Shown here: piece after piece, positions 22,834-31,301 of the stretch
Numbering within the stretch: position 1 is the stretch's first letter
How the letters are laid out: each line of letters opens with the position of its first letter
Virus record (IMG/VR): IMGVR_UViG_3300048080_000240
Location: 1 to 40,419 of that record
Direction: 5' to 3' (one strand)
Origin: a virus
Length of the DNA: 40,419 bases
Notes under the pieces: model-generated
The model's database searches: none
What the model was told of the DNA's origin: nothing
The model's input: only the letters and a program-made list of their open reading frames with translations
Translations under genes and position numbers: made by a program

Positions 22834-22957
22834 CCGCTCCACGGTGGTGCTCCGGAAGAAGATATTATCACTCCGGAACCCTCCCGCCGTCCCCAAGTGT
22901 GAGCCTCTGGAGAGGGGTTGTCAAGGGGAAAGGTGAAGCGGGAGAGAATGGTGTAAC

Positions 22958-23416
22958 GTGGGGAGAGATCGTGGGATAAACCGCTTTCCTGGGGTCTGCG
23001 GGGGGTGTGGTGCCGTGGTGGGGGTGGGTGAAGGGATGCTGAGCGGGGAGAAAGGGCATTGGGTGGTGAAGCATAGGGTGTGCCGGGAGTTTCCTCGGGC
23101 TGATGGGAGCATGTCCACGATGTCCTCCATGTCCACCGGGGACTCCCTGGGCCGGGTGCTCGCGTCGCTCGAGGCCGTGGAGGCGGATGAGGCTCATCGG
23201 CAGGCCCGAAGGGTGGAGCGCCAGGAGCCGGCAGGGGCACGGCGTGGGGATGGGGATCGGGAGTGGCCACCGGGGGCGATTACGAGCCTCACGGGAGAAG
23301 TCGTGAGCTGGAAGCCGGGGACCGAGGCCGAGCGCCAGGCTCTCGCGGGCCCCCCACCGGGGGGTGTGCGAATGGTCGAGCCGGGGGTTTCGGGACGGCG
23401 AGGACGACGGACCTGA
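22958..23416 (+). CDS. Hypothetical protein, first plausible gene of the long rightward block (start uncertain)
   Basis: Track ORF of 152 aa with a GTG start and a weak RBS. The N-terminus has a CGGCG...W.VKHRVC zinc-ribbon-like pattern. An alternative in-frame ATG is at 23036. Confidence 0.4.
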   Translation: MGRDRGINRFPGVCGGCGAVVGVGEGMLSGEKGHWVVKHRVCREFPRADGSMSTMSSMSTGDSLGRVLASLEAVEADEAHRQARRVERQEPAGARRGDGDREWPPGAITSLTGEVVSWKPGTEAERQALAGPPPGGVRMVEPGVSGRRGRRT

Positions 23417-23434
23417 GCCGAAGGAGGGAATCGG

Positions 23435-23857
23435 ATGGGAAAGCAGAAGGATAGGATCTACGAGGAGCAGAAGCGGGTCGCTGATGCGATGGAGCAGCTC
23501 CAGCGGCGCTTCGGTGCGCTCTCGAACCACGTCATGGACAGGATGGAGCTCGGGCCGAAGCCGGAGACGGCCGGGGAGGTCAGGGAGGCACCCTCGGAGC
23601 TGGCGGGGCAGGTGAAGGCGCTTGCGGCTCTCGAGAGCCACGAGATCGACGCCCTCAAGCGCCGGGTCCATGACCTGGAGCACAAGCGGGACCTGACCAT
23701 GAACGAGGTGAACGACCTCCGCCGCGCCACCCGGAAGGTCGAGGAGCTCGCCGAGCAGCTGCACTCGATCCAGGCCGTAGTGAACGTGGACATCCCCACC
23801 ATTCTCGCTGGCGTGAAGGACCACTCGGACCGGATCCAGGCCCTCGAGCGGCGATGA
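23435..23857 (+). CDS. Coiled-coil protein (140 aa)
   Basis: GAAGGAGGGA RBS 5 nt upstream of the ATG. Heptad-rich sequence throughout. Confidence 0.7.
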   Translation: MGKQKDRIYEEQKRVADAMEQLQRRFGALSNHVMDRMELGPKPETAGEVREAPSELAGQVKALAALESHEIDALKRRVHDLEHKRDLTMNEVNDLRRATRKVEELAEQLHSIQAVVNVDIPTILAGVKDHSDRIQALERR

Positions 23858-24372
23858 ACTCCTGCCCCTGCTGCGATTGGCCCCTCAACACCCTCTTCCC
23901 GCCCTTGATCTGGGTGCCGGGGAAGCCAGTGACCTGGGGGCTCGGGAAGTCGCCGGCCGGGGTACGGGTGGCGCCACCGGACCTCAAGGCCTGGCAGAAG
24001 GCCCTCTGGGCGGGCTGGCATTCCCAACCCCGCCGCCCCGTCGAGGGGCCGGTCTCCCTCTTCATGCGCTTCCACGCCCGTTCCTCCCGCGCCGACCTGA
24101 CCAACTTCTTGAAGGGCGCCGAGGACGGGTTGAAGCACATCGCCTTCGGGGATGACTCCCGGGTCTACCGCGCCGTCGTCGAGAAGGAGCCCGCCGAGAC
24201 CCCGGACGAGGAGGGAGTCGCCTTCCAAGTCTTCCCTTACCGTGGCAACGTGTTCCCGAGTCACCTGGGCGGGGGCCAGAAGGCCCCCCGGAGCCCCGCC
24301 CTGCGATCGGATGTCCGCCGCGCTCGCGGTCGCCCCGCGGGCAAAGCGGCTCCGGCCGCAGGTGGTGCCTGA
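23854..24372 (+). CDS. rusA: RusA-like Holliday junction resolvase
   Basis: ATGA overlap. ADLTNFLKGAEDGLKHIAFGDDSRVYRAVVEK fits the D.DN..K...D.L....DD..V pattern of RusA-family endonucleases. Confidence 0.55.
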   Translation: MNSCPCCDWPLNTLFPPLIWVPGKPVTWGLGKSPAGVRVAPPDLKAWQKALWAGWHSQPRRPVEGPVSLFMRFHARSSRADLTNFLKGAEDGLKHIAFGDDSRVYRAVVEKEPAETPDEEGVAFQVFPYRGNVFPSHLGGGQKAPRSPALRSDVRRARGRPAGKAAPAAGGA

Positions 24373-24467
24373 GATGGGGTTACGCCTCGTTACCACACTC
24401 TCAAGGCTCCTGGCCGAGTCGCACTCGGTTCGGCCCCCGCCCCGGGTCTCTCTAAGGAGGGGATCGG

Positions 24468-24860
24468 ATGGCTGAAAGAGACACCGATCGGGAGCGGTCG
24501 CTCTCTTCCCACGAGCTCCAGAGCTTCGTCGTCTCCCTCTACGGGGAGCTGGCGAAGAAAGAGGACTTCGACCAAATCGAGGCCTGGCAGCGCAAGCCAG
24601 AGGACTTGCTAAAAGCAGTCCTCGTCGGCATGGACATTCTGTCAGCCGCCGCCCACTCGAACGCCGCCCACTTGAAGGCTACCCTCCAGACCCAGGCGAC
24701 GGCCTACCCCGACCGCGTGGCGGTCCTCGCCGGGGTGTTGAAGCTCTCGGTCCTCGCCAGCTACTACATCGCTTCCACCCTAGACACCGCGATCGAGCCC
24801 GGCCTCATCTTCACGCCTCCCCCGCCGCCCGGGAAGTCGAACGGCGGCCTCCTCCATTGA
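24468..24860 (+). CDS. Hypothetical protein (130 aa)
   Basis: TAAGGAGGGGA RBS upstream of ATG 24468. Confidence 0.65.
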   Translation: MAERDTDRERSLSSHELQSFVVSLYGELAKKEDFDQIEAWQRKPEDLLKAVLVGMDILSAAAHSNAAHLKATLQTQATAYPDRVAVLAGVLKLSVLASYYIASTLDTAIEPGLIFTPPPPPGKSNGGLLH

Positions 24861-24871
24861 AAGGAGCCTCG

Positions 24872-25180
24872 ATGAACCCCTGGATCACCCTCGCGATCGT
24901 TCTCTCCGTCACCTCCCTCTGGGCGCTCGCCATCCTCGCCGGCCGCGCCGAGCGAAAGCTCGACCGGGCGATCGGCGAGCTCGTGCGGATGCGAATCGAG
25001 ATCGAGCGCGTGTCGGGCGGGGGCTCGACTCCGATTCGGGAGCAGGACCTCTTCCTCGCTGATGTCCTCGCCCCGCCCCCCGAGCCGCGGCGGCGGGAGA
25101 AGCCCCAAGACTTGACCGACGAGCACGAGTACCGCCTCACGCTCGAGGGTAAGACGCCGGATCTGCCGGATGCGCGATGA
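24872..25180 (+). CDS. Small membrane protein (102 aa)
   Basis: AAGGAG lies 5 nt upstream of ATG 24872. MNPWITLAIVLSVTSLWALAILAG is a TM helix. Confidence 0.6.
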   Translation: MNPWITLAIVLSVTSLWALAILAGRAERKLDRAIGELVRMRIEIERVSGGGSTPIREQDLFLADVLAPPPEPRRREKPQDLTDEHEYRLTLEGKTPDLPDAR

Positions 25181-25359
25181 AGCGCTGCATGGTCCGCACC
25201 ACCAGGGGAAGCCGCTGCAAGGCCACGGCCCCGACCTACGAACGCATCGCCTACGTGACCCTTCCGAACGGCGAGGAGCAATTCACCACGCTCCCCGTCT
25301 GCACCCGGCACTTCCATGCGCGCTGGTTCACCATGTGGATACCGAGAGGAAAGCGATGA
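25177..25359 (+). CDS. Small Cys-containing protein (60 aa)
   Basis: ATGA overlaps at both ends. Confidence 0.55.
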   Translation: MKRCMVRTTRGSRCKATAPTYERIAYVTLPNGEEQFTTLPVCTRHFHARWFTMWIPRGKR

Positions 25360-25616
25360 TCGAGCCCCTAAAGGTCCAGACCCGCTGCCGCTCCTGCGAC
25401 GCACGGGTGATCTGGACCCGAACGGAGAACGGGAAGAAGATGCAGGTGAACGCCGATCCAGTGGCGTCTGGCAACCTGGTGCTGTCTGGCGACCCTGAGC
25501 ACCCACTCGCGCGCGTCGTCACCCGGGACGAACAGGCGGCGAATCTGCTCAAGTTCTACGTCAGCCACTTTGCCACCTGTCCCGATGCCAAGACCTGGAG
25601 AGGGAAGCACCGATGA
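25356..25616 (+). CDS. Small zinc-ribbon-like protein (86 aa)
   Basis: MIEPLKVQTRCRSCDARVIW...HFATCPDAK (CxxC ... H..CP). ATGA overlap at the start. Confidence 0.6.
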   Translation: MIEPLKVQTRCRSCDARVIWTRTENGKKMQVNADPVASGNLVLSGDPEHPLARVVTRDEQAANLLKFYVSHFATCPDAKTWRGKHR

Positions 25617-26113
25617 CCAACTACAGATCGAGCCTCGCCTTCTACTCGGAGATCCGGGACGAGTTCCTCGGCGGCAAGTCGGTGCGCCAGATCGCGCTGG
25701 AGCGCGGCATGGAAGGGGTCGATGTCCTCGAGTTCCTCCGCTGGCTTGCCCGGGAGTACGATGTCGAGCGCCAGATCCGCACCGATCAGGTACTCTCGAA
25801 GCTCATGGCGGCCGCGGAGGAAATGGCCGCGAGGGTGCTTCACTTCGCCAAGGGCGCTCCGACGGGTGTCGAGATGCTCAAGACCCTCCGCGGCGAGCTG
25901 AACCAGATCCTCGCCACCTACAAGGAGCTCTCGACGGCCAACGAAGCCTATGTGGAGCACAAGCGCCGAGTCGGGAAGGCGCGGCAGGTGCGTACCAACG
26001 CGGCCGCCGAGGAAGAGATCGAGGGTGTGGCGGCGCAGGTGGCCGGAGGCGGGCTCGAAGCGATGATCTTCGCTGACCCGCCGAGTCGCCCGAGAAGGAA
26101 AGAGAAGCCATGA
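25613..26113 (+). CDS. HTH-containing protein, possible small terminase subunit
   Basis: GGKSVRQIALERGM is an HTH-like segment followed by a coiled coil. It lies upstream of the large terminase; the functional call rests on position only. Confidence 0.3.
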   Translation: MTNYRSSLAFYSEIRDEFLGGKSVRQIALERGMEGVDVLEFLRWLAREYDVERQIRTDQVLSKLMAAAEEMAARVLHFAKGAPTGVEMLKTLRGELNQILATYKELSTANEAYVEHKRRVGKARQVRTNAAAEEEIEGVAAQVAGGGLEAMIFADPPSRPRRKEKP

Positions 26114-26622
26114 GCGCCGACCGTGACCTGGCGATCGCCCGCGCTGTACGTAATCAGATCCGCGTCCACTTCTCTGATGCGCTTCGTTTCGGTCACGTTG
26201 GAAGCGGCGTCAAGAGAGAGATTGCCAGCACGTTCAGCGACGATGTCCTTTACCACATCATCGCCGAGGTCGATGTGTTGCTCGGGGGTTTCGGTTCGAA
26301 TCTAGGGCATCCAGCGGGAGACCTAGATACTCCTGCTCCGCTGGAAAGTGTGGCGGCCGAGCCCCCGAGCGATCAAGCCGACAACGTAGTCCGAGGTGAG
26401 TGGAAGGAGATCGTGGTCGAGATGGAGGAAGGTGCGCGGATGGCCCGCCGCGAGGAGCACGCGCGGGCGGTGGCGATCATCGTGGCCTGTTCTTGGGTGG
26501 ACCCAGGGCCGCTGGGGCCGTGCTGGTGCGGCGATGATCTCTACCAGCGGCCACCCGAGGCGCAGAACGATCACGAGGATAATTGCGCAGCTGCTCGAGC
26601 CTACTGCGAGGAGAAGCCATGA
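26110..26622 (+). CDS. Hypothetical protein (170 aa)
   Basis: ATGA overlaps at both ends; C-terminus ...CEEKP. Confidence 0.65.
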   Translation: MSADRDLAIARAVRNQIRVHFSDALRFGHVGSGVKREIASTFSDDVLYHIIAEVDVLLGGFGSNLGHPAGDLDTPAPLESVAAEPPSDQADNVVRGEWKEIVVEMEEGARMARREEHARAVAIIVACSWVDPGPLGPCWCGDDLYQRPPEAQNDHEDNCAAARAYCEEKP

Positions 26623-26804
26623 CCGGCGCAGAGGCTATCCACAGCGAAACCTATGGGCGTGCGGTATACAACGCACGATGGGCATGTTGGAAGGCGTGTT
26701 GTGGACAGGTGAAGCCTACCAATGACTGTAAGAATCCCGCGCTGCACCAAGCGATAAGAAATCTAGACCGAGCCTGGTACGCATTCAGCAAGGAAAAGCC
26801 ATGA
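26619..26804 (+). CDS. Hypothetical small protein (61 aa)
   Basis: ATG 26619 lies within the cassette gaggagaagccATGAc; ends ...SKEKP. Confidence 0.55.
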   Translation: MTGAEAIHSETYGRAVYNARWACWKACCGQVKPTNDCKNPALHQAIRNLDRAWYAFSKEKP

Positions 26805-27022
26805 CCGACCGTGAGCGTGGCGAGCAGTGGCTAGCCCAGGAGTTACGGCAAACCTATATCTCTCGCGAGCATTGGCGCGAGGCTGAAGAGTGGGAGGAGC
26901 TGGCTCGCATCGCCTGCGACTTCGCCGAGCGGCTGGCGGCCCTTGCGCTGAACGAGACGCGCCCGCGGCCGTACAACAAGCCGCTCCCCTGGGCCGAGGC
27001 GATGGCGGAGGAGAAGCCATGA
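26801..27022 (+). CDS. Hypothetical small protein (73 aa)
   Basis: ATGA overlaps at both ends; ends ...AEEKP. Confidence 0.6.
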   Translation: MTDRERGEQWLAQELRQTYISREHWREAEEWEELARIACDFAERLAALALNETRPRPYNKPLPWAEAMAEEKP

Positions 27023-27282
27023 CGACGCACGATATTCTCTTGGTCGTCGCTAGTGAGCGGGCACGTCAAGACGCCAAGTGGGGCGAGCAGAACCACGACG
27101 ACCTCTACTGGCTCGGCATCCTCATGGAGGAAGTCGGGGAGGCGGCCAAGGACGTGATCGAGAACCGTTCTCCACACAAGGAACTGATCGAAGTTGCTGC
27201 CGTTGCCGTAGCATGGGTTGAGGCGATAACGCGGCGGAAGAAGCCCGCGCCCGAAGAGCCGCAGTCGCTAGGAGACGCATGA
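27019..27282 (+). CDS. MazG-like all-alpha nucleotide pyrophosphohydrolase domain protein (87 aa)
   Basis: ERARQDAKWGEQNHDDLYWLGILMEEVGEAAKDV matches the R.RQ..KWG.Q...W..IL.EE.GE pattern of phage MazG-like proteins. Confidence 0.55.
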   Translation: MTTHDILLVVASERARQDAKWGEQNHDDLYWLGILMEEVGEAAKDVIENRSPHKELIEVAAVAVAWVEAITRRKKPAPEEPQSLGDA

Positions 27283-29009
27283 AGCTCGGGCTCGATGACT
27301 ACCGGGCCAGCGCCGAGCGCTTCATCGGCGACTGCCTCAAGATCCGAGACAAGGACTCGGCCGTCGTGCCGTTCTTCCGCTCCGAGGAGTTCCCGGCGCA
27401 GCGCCGATTCATCCAGCTCGTCCAGGAGGAGCGGGACCTCGGGCGCCCCGTCCGCATCGTTGGATTGAAGCCGAGACAGGTCGGGCTCACTTCCGTAGCC
27501 GGCGCCCTCATCTATCACGCGACCGCTCTCTTCCCCCAGGTCGAGAGCCGGATCGTTTCCGACTCGCTCGAATCCGCTCAGGCCATCCACCAGCGAAACG
27601 AGGTCTTTCACCAGAAATCGCCGCTCATGTGGCAGCCCATGCTCGCGCGCTCCTCTCGCCGCGAGATCCTCTTCGATAACCCCCGCCGGTCGAAGCGCCG
27701 CGATCGGCCCGGCTTGGGGTCGAGGATCCTCGCCGAGACCGCGAAGAACGCCAACCTCGGCCGCTCACACACCATCAACAACTTCTTGGGCTCCGAAGTC
27801 GCCTACTGGAAAGACGGGCTCGAGCGCGCCCTCGCCATCATGAACGCGGTCCCCGAGAAGCCCGGCACCCTCGTCGTTCTCGAATCCACCGCCAACGGGG
27901 TCGGCGACTACTTCCACGAGATGTGCTTGAAGGCGATGAAGCCGGGCTCGGCCTGGCGGTTCTTCTTCTTCTCCTGGCTCGAGCACCCCGAGTACGTGCG
28001 CGAAGAAGACGCGGAGTACAACGCCGAAGCGCTCGACGAAGAGGAGGAGATCCTTCGGACGGTGCATGGCGCGACTCCGGCGCAACTCACCTGGCGCCGC
28101 TACACGATCGCGAACAAATGCGGCGGCCTCGCTGAGAAGTTTCACCAGGAGTACCCGACGACCCCCGAAGAGGCCTTCATCACCTCGGGCCGCCCCGCCT
28201 TCAACTACGCTCACCTCCAGATCCAGCGCGCCAAGCACCTCCGAGTCGGGCGCGCGATCAAGCTCACGCTCGTCGGTGACAACGCGCAAGGCCCCGTCAT
28301 CCACGCCGAGGCCAACGAGAAGTCGAACCTGATCGTCTACGAGCCGCCCAAGTCGGGCCACCTCTACGTCTTCGGCGCCGACCCCTCGAAGGGGCTCGAA
28401 GAGGGCGACTTCCAATGCGGCGAGGGGGTGGATGTCTTGACCCAGGAGCAGGTCTGCGAGTGGCACGGGCTCCAAGACCCCGCTGTCTTCGCCGACGAGC
28501 TCTTCCTTGCTGCCGCTTGGTACAACCTCGCGATCCTCGTCGTCGAGAAGAACGGCGAGGGCATCAACGTCCTCTCGCGGCTCGTTGCCCGCCAGTATCC
28601 GCGCCTCTACGCCGAGGAGGAATGGGACTCGGAGAAGAACCGGGTGGCGCACAAGCGGGGCTGGCACCAGGATGAGCAGAAGAAGCACCTCATCCTCTCG
28701 GAGCTTAAAAACGGCATCAACCCCGTCGTCGGCCGCCTCAAGATCCGCTCCGAGCGCCTCATTCACGAGATGGAGATCATGCGCCGGGACCGACTCGGGA
28801 AGTACGGGGCGCCCAGGGGCGACCACGACGACCGCGTGTCCGGGATGGCGCTCGCCTACTACGTCGCCCACACCGAGGCCGTGACCCTGGAGCAGATCGA
28901 GCGCGCCCCGACCTTCGACACGATCTACACCCGGGAGCCGCTGCAGCGGCGCCTCCGCCGGCGAAAGCAGGAGGAGTCGGGTGCGGACGCTCCCTACTGG
29001 ACCACCTAG
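27279..29009 (+). CDS. terL: Terminase large subunit
   Basis: 576 aa. Walker-A-like KPRQVGLTS, then LVVLESTANGVGDYFHEM and a C-terminal nuclease-like region with GDHDDRV. It lies just upstream of the morphogenesis genes. Confidence 0.75.
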   Translation: MKLGLDDYRASAERFIGDCLKIRDKDSAVVPFFRSEEFPAQRRFIQLVQEERDLGRPVRIVGLKPRQVGLTSVAGALIYHATALFPQVESRIVSDSLESAQAIHQRNEVFHQKSPLMWQPMLARSSRREILFDNPRRSKRRDRPGLGSRILAETAKNANLGRSHTINNFLGSEVAYWKDGLERALAIMNAVPEKPGTLVVLESTANGVGDYFHEMCLKAMKPGSAWRFFFFSWLEHPEYVREEDAEYNAEALDEEEEILRTVHGATPAQLTWRRYTIANKCGGLAEKFHQEYPTTPEEAFITSGRPAFNYAHLQIQRAKHLRVGRAIKLTLVGDNAQGPVIHAEANEKSNLIVYEPPKSGHLYVFGADPSKGLEEGDFQCGEGVDVLTQEQVCEWHGLQDPAVFADELFLAAAWYNLAILVVEKNGEGINVLSRLVARQYPRLYAEEEWDSEKNRVAHKRGWHQDEQKKHLILSELKNGINPVVGRLKIRSERLIHEMEIMRRDRLGKYGAPRGDHDDRVSGMALAYYVAHTEAVTLEQIERAPTFDTIYTREPLQRRLRRRKQEESGADAPYWTT

Positions 29010-29024
29010 CGAGAAGGAGACGAA

Positions 29025-29915
29025 ATGGAGAAGGAGATCGGGCGCGTGATCCCGCTCGGCGGCGACGAGCAGGGCACCATGGTGGAGCTACCGACCATCA
29101 TGGACGGGAAGATCCGCGCCGACGCCATGGTCGCCGAGGTCATGCGGAACCAGAGAGACAAGCCCGACCTGCCCGACGAGGCGATTGCCGCCCTCGAGCT
29201 CCCGGGTCGCCGCCCCGAGGGCATCACGATCGAGATCGACTCGACCGAGCGCCACATCATCGTCCACTTCAAGGGGAAGGTGGTGGCGGTGCTCCGCTGG
29301 GCGCGCTCGGTCGGGAAGTTCCTCGTCAAGCGCCACCTCCAGGCCGAGAAGGGGGTGCAGACGAACCAGCCCGTCCAGTACTTCACCAACCTGGTCGGCG
29401 TGTGGGCGATCTGTCGCGAGTACGGGATCTCGGTCTCCGAGTTCCAGCAAGCCTTCCGCGAGATGCCGCCGCAGGTCCAGTGGACCTTCGAGCAGTGTCC
29501 GTGGCACTCGATGGACTGCAAGCTCGTGATGGCGGGCGACCCGCAATCGACCGCGGTGCCCGACATCGCCTGCCGGACCTGCAAGGCCCGGTTCGGGATG
29601 GACGAGAAGGGTGCTCTCGCGCTCAAGATGAAAGGCGAGGATCCCCGGCCATCGCTACAGGAATCCGTGCCCGACATCTTCGCGAAGCCGCCCCCGGAAC
29701 CGAGGTTTACGGCCCCATCGGCTCCCTTCGCCGAGGATTTCCGGCGCTACCGCTACGCCACACAGAGCCGTCTCTCGCAGCTCGCCGACTGTGGCCTCGA
29801 CTCCTGGGAGGCGCTCGCCCAACACGGAGCGACCTATCTCCGCTCGAAGCTCGGGTGGAAGAAGGCCCACGCCGACGAGTTCGAGGCCATCGCCAAGGAG
29901 AAGATCGGGCACTGA
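29025..29915 (+). CDS. Hypothetical protein (296 aa) with Cys cluster
   Basis: GAAGGAGA RBS. CPWHSMDC...CRTCKARFG cluster and a helical C-terminus. Confidence 0.6.
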   Translation: MEKEIGRVIPLGGDEQGTMVELPTIMDGKIRADAMVAEVMRNQRDKPDLPDEAIAALELPGRRPEGITIEIDSTERHIIVHFKGKVVAVLRWARSVGKFLVKRHLQAEKGVQTNQPVQYFTNLVGVWAICREYGISVSEFQQAFREMPPQVQWTFEQCPWHSMDCKLVMAGDPQSTAVPDIACRTCKARFGMDEKGALALKMKGEDPRPSLQESVPDIFAKPPPEPRFTAPSAPFAEDFRRYRYATQSRLSQLADCGLDSWEALAQHGATYLRSKLGWKKAHADEFEAIAKEKIGH

Positions 29916-30352
29916 TGCCGCGCACCTTCGATTTTTGCTGCGACGCCTGCGGGTATACGTTCGAGGTATTCGGCTGCGAAGTGGGGCAAGCACGTGCCCC
30001 CTGTCCCCGCTGTCCGAAGATGCCGTTATCAGCCTCGCGCGTCTTCCTCGCTGGGAGCTGGACCCAGCACGGGACGGGGATCTTCCGCCCGGGCTACGAC
30101 GTTGCGCTCGGCGGCTACGTCGGATCGCGTCGTGACGTGGCTCGGCTGGCGCGGAAGCGCGGACTGGTGCGGAAAGAAGACGTGACGGTCGCGAGCCGGC
30201 GCGAATACCCGGGTGTGGAGGAGTTCGAGCGGGCGCTCTCTGAGCTCCGACCGAGCGAGGTCGAGAAGCACCGTGAGGCCCGCGAGCATATGGAGTACGA
30301 GGAGCGGGCGGGGCGGGCGGAGCCGTTGACCGATCCGGGGAGCGAGGAGTAG
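29915..30352 (+). CDS. FmdB-family zinc-ribbon protein (145 aa)
   Basis: MPRTFDFCCDACGYTFEVF....APCPRCP is the CxxC...CPxC N-terminal signature. TGATG overlap at the start. Confidence 0.6.
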   Translation: MPRTFDFCCDACGYTFEVFGCEVGQARAPCPRCPKMPLSASRVFLAGSWTQHGTGIFRPGYDVALGGYVGSRRDVARLARKRGLVRKEDVTVASRREYPGVEEFERALSELRPSEVEKHREAREHMEYEERAGRAEPLTDPGSEE

Positions 30353-30425
30353 GGTCCGGCCGACAAGAAGGGCGGCACCCCTTTCGGGATACCGCCCCGC
30401 CCGTTGCTAACCCTCGGGAGGTCGC

Positions 30426-31301
30426 ATGGAAGAGCCTACCACACCCGCCAGGCCCGTCAAGAAGAATCCTCGCTCCGGGAAGCTGCCCTGGTTCCCGTTC
30501 TACCCTGCCGACTGGCTGGCCGATGCCCGGGTCGCGGCCATGTCGCTCGAGGAGGAGGGGGCCTACATCCGGCTCATCTGCTTCTGCTGGCGGGAAGGAT
30601 CCATCCCAACCGACCCAGCTTCACTGGCCAGACTCCTCAAGGTGGACGAGGCCCAGGTGGCCAATATTTGGTCGGCTGTGGGTCCATGCTTCCAGTCCGA
30701 CGGAACGCATCGCCGACTCGACGCCGAACGACGTAAGCAGCGCACCTTTTCTGCACTCCAACGAGCCCGCGTGATGAAGCGCTGGGATACCGGATCTCGC
30801 AAGCCCAAAGAAACAAACAACATCACGGTATCGTCCGGTATAAATCCGGTATTACCGGATGGATACTCTGCATCTGCATCTTCAGAGGGGAGGGGAGCGG
30901 GGTCTTCCTCTGAGATGGAGATCCAGAAGCTAGCAGGGAACCCTGACGAAAGCGGACCTGCGGTCCGGCCAGAAATTAGCCGCTCGTTTCGGAAGGAGCT
31001 GACCCGAGAGGAGCGCTCCCTCGCCACCCAGGCCACCACCACCATCGACTGGCTCAGGGCTCACGGCTTCCCGGACGCCGGTAGGTGGTGGGGGCGGGCG
31101 AACAAGACCCGGGACTACCGGGCGATGGTCGAAACCCTCGAGCAGCTCCAACGCGCCCTCCAAGCCGGTCCGGTCGAATCCCCGTGGGGATACGCCGAGA
31201 CCACCTACGCGGAGAAGCGGGCGAACCACGGGGCGCGGGCCGCCGAGGCCGAGAGTTTCGCCCGCCGCGATCCCTCACGCCGGGAGAACCCCCATGTCTA
31301 G
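30426..31301 (+). CDS. DUF1376-domain protein (replication-associated family in phages)
   Basis: WFPFYPADWLADARVAAMSLEEEGAYIRLICFCWREGSIP matches the DUF1376 pattern Y.F...DWL......LS.EE.GAY.RLL...W. GGGAGG RBS. Confidence 0.6.
   Translation: MEEPTTPARPVKKNPRSGKLPWFPFYPADWLADARVAAMSLEEEGAYIRLICFCWREGSIPTDPASLARLLKVDEAQVANIWSAVGPCFQSDGTHRRLDAERRKQRTFSALQRARVMKRWDTGSRKPKETNNITVSSGINPVLPDGYSASASSEGRGAGSSSEMEIQKLAGNPDESGPAVRPEISRSFRKELTREERSLATQATTTIDWLRAHGFPDAGRWWGRANKTRDYRAMVETLEQLQRALQAGPVESPWGYAETTYAEKRANHGARAAEAESFARRDPSRRENPHV

Noticed and set aside
22958-22972. GTG at 22970 with a well-spaced GGAGAG, considered as the start of the first rightward gene
   Set aside because: It is out of frame with the 22958..23416 ORF (codons read gat-cgt-ggg). 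The start of that gene therefore remains uncertain between GTG 22958 and ATG 23036.
22478-22979. ORFs inside the divergent control region (22478..22810 +, 22494..22736 +, 22525..22896 -, 22749..22979 +, 22800..23270 -)
   Set aside because: The translations are low-complexity (poly-Gly/Arg on the plus strand, poly-Pro on the minus strand), as expected from G-run DNA. None has a credible SD plus start codon, and they overlap one another in several frames. A small real gene here cannot be fully excluded without comparative data.
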